Positions 1-6,960 of a DNA stretch of 17,035 nucleotides are shown one piece after another. The stretch is from Clostridia bacterium. Its GTDB lineage: Bacteria; Bacillota; Clostridia; TANB77; CAG-508. Under the pieces are notes generated by a model, which saw only the letters and a program-made list of their open reading frames with translations, had not been told where the DNA came from and searched no databases. The stretch spans positions 1 to 17,035 of the forward strand of contig JAZUKI010000002.1 in NCBI GenBank assembly GCA_045643205.1, written 5' to 3'. The stretch's first letter is position 1. Each line of letters opens with the position of its first letter. Both the position numbers and the translations under genes were made by a program.

Positions 1-123
1 GTTACTCACCAGTCCGCCACTAACCGCTTCCAAAAGTAAACTTATGGATTAAGTCCGTTCGACTTGCATGTCTTATGTGCGCCGCCAGCGTTTATCCTGA
101 GCCAGGATCGAACTCTCGAATTA
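1..123 (-). rRNA. rrs: 16S rRNA, 5' end (partial; continues off the window's left edge)
   Basis: Reverse complement reads AGAGTTCGATCCTGGCTCAGGATAAACGCTGGCGGCGCACATAAGACATGCAAGTCGAACG...GTGGCGGACTGGTGAGTAAC, i.e. the 27F site (97-116) and conserved flanks of V1. The mature 5' end is estimated from E. coli numbering. Confidence 0.99.
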
Positions 124-279
124 AAAATATCTCATTTCCTAACTATATAATATAGAAGGAAATAAAAAGTTCTTATTCAAATGAGTCTAGCTCATTAAAT
201 ACTGTTATTGTTTTTTTTATATGGTAGTACAATAAAACTACCGCAATATTTATTGGTTTCTCAAAAGATTCATTGTTTA

Positions 280-320
280 CTTTTCAATGTACTTCGTTTA
301 TATCAGCTTTTTAAGAGCTG
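280..320 (-). promoter_or_regulatory. rrn leader antitermination element (boxB-like hairpin plus boxA)
   Basis: Minus strand GTACATTGAAAAG (280-292) resembles Bacillota boxA (GTTCTTTGAAAA). It is preceded by a CAGCT..AGCTG hairpin (304-320), about 160 nt upstream of the 16S. Confidence 0.7.
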
Positions 321-356
321 CTATAATGTTCCTCAAAATTAAGTGGAACGTTTAAG

Positions 357-385
357 ATTATAACCCAGCAAAAATTGTTTGTCAA
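357..385 (-). promoter_or_regulatory. rrn proximal promoter (P2), sigma-A type
   Basis: Perfect TTGACA (385-380), 17-bp spacer, TATAAT (362-357); AT-rich UP-like tract upstream. Confidence 0.92.
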
Positions 386-470
386 TACATATTTAAAAAA
401 TATTTAAATTATTTTTAAAATATTTGTAATTATATGTCACAATTCCTGTGTTGTCCTATTTTAAAGGGCA

Positions 471-514
471 AAATAAAAAACTAGTAGTCGTTTTAAATAT
501 TAAAACTCAACTAA
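471..514 (-). terminator. Terminator-like hairpin with U tract between rrn P1 and P2
   Basis: Minus strand TTAGT-TGA-GTTTTAA-TAT-TTAAAAC-GACT-ACTAG followed by TTTTTTATTT; the stem is AU-rich and imperfect. Confidence 0.4.
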
Positions 515-534
515 TCTCTCTTTGGTACCCGATT

Positions 535-563
535 ATAATACCATGTTTTTTATGTTAAGTCAA
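535..563 (-). promoter_or_regulatory. Distal sigma-A promoter (rrn P1 or small-RNA promoter)
   Basis: TTGACT (563-558), 17-bp spacer, TATTAT (540-535) with extended -10 TGG; A-rich UP-like tract upstream. Confidence 0.75.
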
Positions 564-679
564 CACTTTTTCTTATTTTATTTTATCTTTTTTTAATACT
601 TGTTTTCCCTATATTTAAAGCCTTTTATTTTATTTATTATTCATATATTTTAACAGCTTGTTTTATATGTATTAACAAC

Positions 680-712
680 AAAAAAGGAAATGAATTTTCT
701 TCATTTCCTTTT
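680..712 (-). terminator. Rho-independent terminator of the 889-aa gene (possibly bidirectional)
   Basis: Perfect inverted repeat aaaaggaaatgaa (682-694) / ttcatttcctttt (700-712) with a 5-nt loop and a U run on the minus strand, 22 nt after the stop. Confidence 0.88.
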
Positions 713-734
713 AATAGTATCTTATATTGCTTTA

Positions 735-3404
735 CTACATTTGAGTACCACAATGACTGCAGAATTTAGAATCAGCATCTATTACTGTTCCACATAACAA
801 ACATATTCTTCTTGTTGGAGCTTGTTGTGGTTTGTCTATTGCCATTAATGTTTCATATGGATTAACTTCTTGAGCTACTCTATTTTTAAATTGTATTCTT
901 CTTTGTTGTTCTATTTGATATTGTTGTGGTGTCATAGTATAGTTCGGTAGCGAACTATTGTTGTTTGCAAATTGCATTCCTATATTATATTGATTATTTA
1001 CTCTATTCATTTGATTAGCATATCTTTGATTTAGTAATGCTCTTTGTTGCATGCTATATTGGGCATTAATCATATTGCGTTGCATGTTGTATTGTTGTGC
1101 TATTGCATTATTTCTTTGTAAAATTTGTTGATAACTATTTTGAGTTTCTTCTTGAACAGGAGATTTCATTGCAGCACTTGGATTTAATTGTTGCTTACTA
1201 ACTTGTGTCCATGCATTCCATTTTTCTACTAATTCTTGTTCATAAGATTTTCTTTCTTCAACTTGAGTTTCAACTGGAGTATGATATTCTTGTTTTGTTT
1301 CTTCTGTATTTACATAGCCTTGAGCCTGCTCCTTTTCAGGAGCCATCTTAAAACCCAAGCAAGTTCTGAATTTTAAATCATCCTCATCATCTTGTACTTC
1401 AAATGTATCTTCATCTTGTTCATTAAAGTTCATTTCGAATTTATTTTCTTCAACTTCTTCAATTTCTTGAACTGGTTTTTCAGTTTCTTCTATTGTTTGA
1501 ATTGATTCTTCAACTTCTTCTACTTCTTCAACTTTTTCTTCATTGTTAAGATTAATTGCATCTTCTAATACAAATTCGTTTTCTTCTATTTCTTTTTTAA
1601 AGTTTTCTTCTGCTTTGCTTTCAATATCTTCTATTTGAGCTACTTGATCTAATGTTTCAATCATTTTTTGTTGCTCAGCGATTTCTTCGCTCTCTATTTC
1701 AACGGTTTTTTCAATCTCTTGAACTTGTTCAGGTACTTCTTCAATTTCTTGAACTGGTTCTTCAGTTTCTTCTATTATTTGAACTTGTTCTTCAACTTGC
1801 TCTGCTTCATTTTCTTCAGTCTTTGCTAATTCGTTTTCAAAAGTTTCAAATAATTCTAAAACTTCGTTTATATTGTTTTCGCTTATATCTTCTTTTTGTT
1901 CTTCTATTTCTTGTGCTGGTTGTTTGTCGATTTCTTCAATCTCTTGAACTGATTCTTCAAAATCTTTAGCTTCTTCAATCTCTTGAACTGACTCTTCGAA
2001 ATCTTCAGCTTCTTCAATCTCTTGAGCTGGTTCAACTAATTCTTCAATTTCTTGAATTGGTTCTTCAGCTATTTCTTCAACTGATTCTTCTATTTTTGTT
2101 ATAGATTCTTCTTGAGTTGGTTGATCTTCTAATATTTGTTCAAGTGTTATCTCAGCTTGTTCTTCTTGTTCAATCTGATCTTGTGCTTCATCATTTTCTA
2201 AGATTTTAAAAATATCTTCATACTTTGATCCTGAAACATTATATTCATTTTCGTTTTTATTTGAAAATATATCTTCAAATTCTGCTAAGCCTAGATCTTC
2301 TAATTCATTATCTATTTTTTCTACTTGTTCATCAATTTTTTCAATAGATTGTTCTGATTCTTCAATTTCTTTTGCTTCTTGAATTGATTCAACTGATTCT
2401 TCAATTTCTTCTACTTCTTGAACTGGTTCAACTGTCTCTTCGATTTCTAAAATTGGTTCTTCAACTTCTATTGATTGAATTAGTTCTTCTGTTTTTTCAA
2501 CTTCTTCTATTGATTGAATAGGTTGTTCTACCTCTTCAGTTGTTTCTTTAACATCTTGAATTGGTTCTTCAACTTCTTCACTCTTAATTTCTTCAACACT
2601 TGAAGTTTTGTCTTCTTTATCTACTTTTGTTAATTCAGCAATAAATTTTTCTACACTTGCAATATTTATATTTGAAAATAATTTTTCTTCTTTTTCTACA
2701 GCTTTCTTTGAGCTATCTTTTTTTGTTTTATTTTCTGATTTTGTATCTTTTTTATCTACTGATTTTTTTGCTACTTTCTTTGCATCTTTTTTATCTGCTA
2801 CTTTTTTTGCAGCTGGTTTCTTTGTTGTTTTTGTTGATGTAGCTTTTTTAGTTGTTGCTTTTGTTGCACTCTTTTTCTCAGCTGTCTTCTTTGCTACTTT
2901 CTTTGCATCTTTTTTATCTGCTACTTTTTTTGCAGCTGGTTTCTTTGTTGTTTTTGTTGATGTAGCTTTCTTAGTTGTTGCTTTTGTTGTACTCTTTTTC
3001 TCAGCTGTCTTCTTTGCTACTTTCTTTGTTTCTTTTTTATCTGCTACTTTTTTTGCAGCTGGTTTCTTTGTTGTTTTTGTTGATGTAGCTTTTTTAGTTG
3101 TTGCTTTTGTTGTGCTCTTTTTCTCGGCTGTCTTCTTTTCTACTTTCTTTGTAGTCTTTTTGTCTGCTACTTTTTTTACAGCTGTTTTCTTTGCTGTTTT
3201 GGCTGATGTAGTTTTTTTAGTTTCTGTCTTTGATGCAACTTTTTTATCAGCTGCTTTTTTTGCAACTGGCTTAACTTCTGCCTTTGATTTTGTTTCAGCT
3301 TTTTTTGTTGCAGTAACAGCTTTTTTAGTGGCTTTTATAGCAGTAGTTTTTTCTACTGCATTTTTTGTTCTCTTTGTTTCGTCTATTAACCCCTCTTTTT
3401 TCAT
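735..3404 (-). CDS. 889-aa low-complexity protein: Lys/Ala/Thr H1-like repeats, Glu-rich block, Gln/Asn-rich block, C-terminal C4 zinc ribbon
   Basis: Long ORF with RBS GGAGGG 6 nt before ATG, its own promoter and terminator; C-terminus CLLC-x10-CSHC; no signal peptide or TM segment seen. Function unknown. Confidence 0.9.
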   Translation of the reverse strand: MKKEGLIDETKRTKNAVEKTTAIKATKKAVTATKKAETKSKAEVKPVAKKAADKKVASKTETKKTTSAKTAKKTAVKKVADKKTTKKVEKKTAEKKSTTKATTKKATSTKTTKKPAAKKVADKKETKKVAKKTAEKKSTTKATTKKATSTKTTKKPAAKKVADKKDAKKVAKKTAEKKSATKATTKKATSTKTTKKPAAKKVADKKDAKKVAKKSVDKKDTKSENKTKKDSSKKAVEKEEKLFSNINIASVEKFIAELTKVDKEDKTSSVEEIKSEEVEEPIQDVKETTEEVEQPIQSIEEVEKTEELIQSIEVEEPILEIEETVEPVQEVEEIEESVESIQEAKEIEESEQSIEKIDEQVEKIDNELEDLGLAEFEDIFSNKNENEYNVSGSKYEDIFKILENDEAQDQIEQEEQAEITLEQILEDQPTQEESITKIEESVEEIAEEPIQEIEELVEPAQEIEEAEDFEESVQEIEEAKDFEESVQEIEEIDKQPAQEIEEQKEDISENNINEVLELFETFENELAKTEENEAEQVEEQVQIIEETEEPVQEIEEVPEQVQEIEKTVEIESEEIAEQQKMIETLDQVAQIEDIESKAEENFKKEIEENEFVLEDAINLNNEEKVEEVEEVEESIQTIEETEKPVQEIEEVEENKFEMNFNEQDEDTFEVQDDEDDLKFRTCLGFKMAPEKEQAQGYVNTEETKQEYHTPVETQVEERKSYEQELVEKWNAWTQVSKQQLNPSAAMKSPVQEETQNSYQQILQRNNAIAQQYNMQRNMINAQYSMQQRALLNQRYANQMNRVNNQYNIGMQFANNNSSLPNYTMTPQQYQIEQQRRIQFKNRVAQEVNPYETLMAIDKPQQAPTRRICLLCGTVIDADSKFCSHCGTQM
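1932..2024. repeat. 39-bp coding tandem repeat (about 2.4 copies; QEIEEA[E/K]DFEESV)
   Basis: ttcttcaatctcttg recurs at 1932, 1971 and 2010. Confidence 0.85.
2763..3176. repeat. 123-bp coding tandem repeat (41 aa, about 3.4 copies)
   Basis: tgcagctggtttctttgttg recurs at 2808, 2931 and 3054; unit KKVADKKxxKKVAKKTAEKKSTTKATTKKATSTKTTKKPAA. Confidence 0.97.
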
Positions 3405-3599
3405 TGTTACCCTCCATTTTTGTCAAAACAAAATCTCTAATTTTTCTTTTATAATATTTGTTTTTTTTATCTAACTATAATATTTTTTATCTAAAATTTT
3501 ATAATACTTTTTCTTTAATTTATTGCTTTTATTTATTGTTTTTTCTGTTGCTTGTAATGTTTTTTTAACATAAAAATATTTTTGTAATTTTACATCAAA

Positions 3600-3628
3600 A
3601 TTATATATTAACTACATATAATAGTCAA
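3600..3628 (-). promoter_or_regulatory. sigma-A promoter of the 889-aa gene
   Basis: TTGACT (3628-3623), 17-bp spacer, TATAAT (3605-3600); implies a leader of about 190 nt. Confidence 0.8.
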
Positions 3629-3653
3629 CGAAATTTCAGTTCATTTTTGCATT

Positions 3654-5597
3654 TTATTTATCATAAATTCCTATTAAATCGTAAGGCCCGTATCCATCTG
3701 GTAGTGCTGTTTTCATGTCTACTGCATACATCTTTGGATCATTAGTTTGGCTAAATAATAATAGAAGATCTCCATGACTATAATAGTATGTTTCATATCT
3801 ATTATTTTTCTTGTTTAAAATAGTGAAAATTATAGTTCCAACAAACTTTATTTGTGAGTCATCTGCTCTTGCTATTCCATTATCGTTTGAATATCCTTTT
3901 GTTTGAATTATACATTCTTTATTTGTATCTGCTTTATCTACTGGATATAAGTAATAACTTACTCCTAAGTCAACAATTTTCTTTCCTTCGTGTCTATTTT
4001 CTTTAAACACACCTTCTTTAATTAGCTTTTCTTTGTCATATAGTATTGATAATTTTGTGTCTATTCTTGTAGCAATAATATTTGTATCATCAACTAATGC
4101 AAATACACTTGCTGTATTTCCTTTTGTTTCTAACATTCCAAGTATTCTTCCATCTGTTGTTACAAAACTATTATACTCTGTATTCATAAATGGTATTGAT
4201 CCATCTGGATATGCATAAATTGCTTCTTTTTCTTCTCCTTTTATTGTAAAGTTATCATAAAACATGTCTCTTGCATCTATGTTTACACTTGTTTTTGTTG
4301 GTAAATTAATTAATTTATATTCTTTCTTATATCTATAAAATTCCTGTATAGCATTTTTATGTTCGTCAGTAATATTGAATACATTTTCTTTGTGTTTTAA
4401 ATATTTTTCTAAGAATGGTACTGTCGCACTATTTTCTTTAGTTATCGCAATTTGAATTATATTTTCATTTAAACTTGAATTTTTAAAATATAAATATTGA
4501 TAGTTTGCATTTTCCTCAAACTCTTTTAATTCTGGAGTTACTCCTATTTTATAATATGCATTTAGTCTACTTTCAAAACCATATTCTTCTTCTGATTTTG
4601 CTTCAATATTTTTTTGCTCTTGCTCTTTTCTTTCTTTGTTTTCTTCAAAATTTATACTAGCACTTTTAGGAACATCTCCAACCTCTACTGCATGCTTCAT
4701 CAAGTAACATATTGTTAAATATTCTTCTCCCGGATATCTCTTTTCTAATTCAATAAATACTCTTCCTTCAGTATTTATAATTTGTACTTTGTTTTTTTGT
4801 TTTGCTATTAATATTTCAACTTGATGATTTTGATCCGGGTAATTTATTTTCCAAATATAATTATCATCAAAGTTTGATAATTTTTCTGCATTTATTCTAC
4901 CAATGTATGTTCCGTTTTCATCCAAAAATTGATATTCTTTTTCAGCTGATTTATAAATATATCCTTTCTTTTGTTGATACTCACCAATTGTTTGTAATCC
5001 TGTTAATAAGATCTTTTTATCTTCGTTGTAAATTTTTGAAGGTTCAATTATTTGTATTGCTAAACCAATTGCAAACATTCCCCAAAGTATAGGAACTACT
5101 ATTTTTGCAAAAAGATTTGCCATTCCTACTGCTTCTTCTTTTTTATCAGCATCTTTTATTTTAAAAGCATCATAAATATTATTATCATCATTGTTGTTTT
5201 TTTCAACTTCTATATTTATTGCATTTAATTTAGTTGCTTTTTTTGTTTTAGGATTTAAAACTAATACTACTATTGAAAGTATAGAAATCAAAGCAACTAT
5301 CATATTAATTATTAATGAGTCTGAACTTATATTGCTGTTTGCATTTATTGTCATTCCTAAAAAAATTACTACAATCCATAGTATTGTTATAATACTATCT
5401 ACTATCGTAGCTTTTCTATTTCTTTTAAAATTAGCTACTGCAAAAACACCATTTGCAACAACTATTATAAATAGCATTATAAAAAATATACATTTATTTG
5501 ATTCATAATAATACATATGATTGAATATTGTTGAAACAAAAACAACAATTGAAATTATTATATTTTCTATTGCCATTAGCGCATTATGGAACTTCAT
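3654..5597 (-). CDS. Hypothetical membrane protein, about 5 N-terminal TM helices plus a ~460-aa soluble domain
   Basis: 647-aa ORF, RBS GAGG; hydrophobic stretches at about aa 10-27, 36-55, 63-83, 95-113 and 162-184; motifs FLDENG, IINTEG and VTTDG resemble degenerate WG-repeat beta units. Confidence 0.85.
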   Translation of the reverse strand: MKFHNALMAIENIIISIVVFVSTIFNHMYYYESNKCIFFIMLFIIVVANGVFAVANFKRNRKATIVDSIITILWIVVIFLGMTINANSNISSDSLIINMIVALISILSIVVLVLNPKTKKATKLNAINIEVEKNNNDDNNIYDAFKIKDADKKEEAVGMANLFAKIVVPILWGMFAIGLAIQIIEPSKIYNEDKKILLTGLQTIGEYQQKKGYIYKSAEKEYQFLDENGTYIGRINAEKLSNFDDNYIWKINYPDQNHQVEILIAKQKNKVQIINTEGRVFIELEKRYPGEEYLTICYLMKHAVEVGDVPKSASINFEENKERKEQEQKNIEAKSEEEYGFESRLNAYYKIGVTPELKEFEENANYQYLYFKNSSLNENIIQIAITKENSATVPFLEKYLKHKENVFNITDEHKNAIQEFYRYKKEYKLINLPTKTSVNIDARDMFYDNFTIKGEEKEAIYAYPDGSIPFMNTEYNSFVTTDGRILGMLETKGNTASVFALVDDTNIIATRIDTKLSILYDKEKLIKEGVFKENRHEGKKIVDLGVSYYLYPVDKADTNKECIIQTKGYSNDNGIARADDSQIKFVGTIIFTILNKKNNRYETYYYSHGDLLLLFSQTNDPKMYAVDMKTALPDGYGPYDLIGIYDK

Positions 5598-5633
5598 TTT
5601 CTACCTCATTTTTTTATAAAAATATCTTTTAAA

Positions 5634-5662
5634 ATTTTAACATTGTAAAATAAATTTATCAA
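5634..5662 (-). promoter_or_regulatory. sigma-A promoter of the 647-aa gene
   Basis: TTGATA (5662-5657), 17-bp spacer, TAAAAT (5639-5634) with extended -10 TGT. Confidence 0.65.
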
Positions 5663-5751
5663 TAAAAAAGCACTTACAAATAAATCTATATAATGAAAAA
5701 CTATAAATGAATTTATTAATAAAAAAAGAACTTGCAAATAAATCTATGCAA
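5651..5751. repeat. Imperfect ~44-bp direct duplication (5651-5693 vs 5708-5751)
   Basis: taaatttatcaataaaaaa-gcacttacaaataaatctatataa vs tgaatttattaataaaaaaagaacttgcaaataaatctatgcaa: 7 differences in 44 columns by manual alignment. Confidence 0.8.
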
Positions 5752-5756
5752 GTTCT
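5721..5756 (-). terminator. Rho-independent terminator of ftsZ
   Basis: agaacttgca (5727-5736) / tgcaagttct (5747-5756), a perfect 10-bp stem followed by a U tract on the minus strand. Confidence 0.9.
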
Positions 5757-5810
5757 CTAAATTTTTACTATTTTACTATTTATCTGTATTTTTTAATTGT
5801 TTTTTAACAA

Positions 5811-6923
5811 TTATTTGTTTCTATGTTTTAGTAAGAATGGTGGGATTTCAACTCCGCTATCTGTTCCTTCATTACTACTTGTTGGAACAGGTGTTGGCTT
5901 TTGTGACCATGGAGCTGTTTTAATTGTTGTTTCTCTTGCTCCTGGTTCTTTATCAAATCCTGTAGCTATAACTGTTATTACGATATCTTCATCTAATGAT
6001 TTATCGATAACTGCACCAAAGATAATATTAGCTTCTGGATCAACACTTCTTTGTACTAATTCAGCTGCTGTATTAACTTCATGTAATCCTAAGTTCTCAC
6101 CACCAGTAACGTTGATAATAACTCCTCTAGCACCTTCAATTGATGTTTCAAGTAATGGAGATTGAATAGCTTGTTTTGCAGCATCTTCTGCTCTGTTTTC
6201 ACCTGAAGCTCTACCAATTCCCATATGTGCCATTCCTGTATTTAACATAACTGTTTTAACATCAGCAAAGTCTAAGTTAACTAATCCAGGGATTTTGATT
6301 AAATCAGAAATACCTTGAACTGATTGTCTTAAAACATCATCTGCCATTTTGAATGCTTCTACCATTGTTGTATTTCTATCAATAATTTGTAATAGCTTAT
6401 CATTTGGGATAACAACTAATGTGTCAACTTTGCCTCTTAGATTTTCAATTCCTCTTTCAGCTTGGTTTTGTCTCTTTTTACCTTCAAATGTGAATGGTTT
6501 TGTTACAACAGCAACTGTTAGAATTCCCATTTCTTTAGCAATTCCAGCTACGATTGGAGCAGCTCCTGTTCCTGTTCCTCCACCCATACCAGATGTTACG
6601 AATACCATATCAGCACCCTTTATAGCATCTGAAATTATTTGTCTACTTTCTTCAGCAGCTTGTGTTCCTAATTCTGGATTAGCACCAGCTCCTAAACCTC
6701 TTGTTAATTTTTCACCGATTTGAATTTTTGTTCCAGCTTTTGAAAGCATTAATGCTTGCTTATCTGTATTGATTGAAATAAATTCAACTCCTTCAATTCC
6801 GGCTTCAATCATTCTATTTACTGCATTATTTCCAGCGCCACCTACACCGATGACTTTAATAACTGCTGTATCTTCTGTACTTTCCATTTCTTCATAGTTA
6901 TTATAGTTATTATCCATTAACAT
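5811..6923 (-). CDS. ftsZ: Cell division protein FtsZ
   Basis: [14 protein letters not shown], tubulin signature [10 protein letters not shown]7 loop NLDFADV, C-terminal core peptide VEIPPFL; RBS GGAGGGG. Confidence 0.99.
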   Translation of the reverse strand: MLMDNNYNNYEEMESTEDTAVIKVIGVGGAGNNAVNRMIEAGIEGVEFISINTDKQALMLSKAGTKIQIGEKLTRGLGAGANPELGTQAAEESRQIISDAIKGADMVFVTSGMGGGTGTGAAPIVAGIAKEMGILTVAVVTKPFTFEGKKRQNQAERGIENLRGKVDTLVVIPNDKLLQIIDRNTTMVEAFKMADDVLRQSVQGISDLIKIPGLVNLDFADVKTVMLNTGMAHMGIGRASGENRAEDAAKQAIQSPLLETSIEGARGVIINVTGGENLGLHEVNTAAELVQRSVDPEANIIFGAVIDKSLDEDIVITVIATGFDKEPGARETTIKTAPWSQKPTPVPTSSNEGTDSGVEIPPFLLKHRNK

Positions 6924-6960
6924 AGCTACCCCTCCATATTTTTATTTATGTTTTTTATTA

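Noticed and set aside
424-442. TTGTAA..TCACAA pseudo-palindrome (Rex- or WalR-like) upstream of rrn P2
   Set aside because: Spacing fits neither the 18-bp Rex operator nor the N5 WalR repeat.
2763-3176. Repeat array as a CRISPR
   Set aside because: Contiguous in-frame 123-bp units with no unique spacers, and no cas genes.
2608-3474. 288-aa plus-strand F/V/A-rich ORF
   Set aside because: Antisense shadow of the Lys/Ala/Thr repeats (AAA reads as TTT); TTG start with no evident RBS.
3533-3571. 12-codon uORF (MLKKHYKQQKKQ) in the leader
   Set aside because: No Shine-Dalgarno sequence or attenuator structure; expected by chance.
3654-5597. SpoIIGA assignment (5 TM, downstream of ftsZ)
   Set aside because: About twice the expected length, no D[T/S]G aspartyl-protease motif, and no sigE following.
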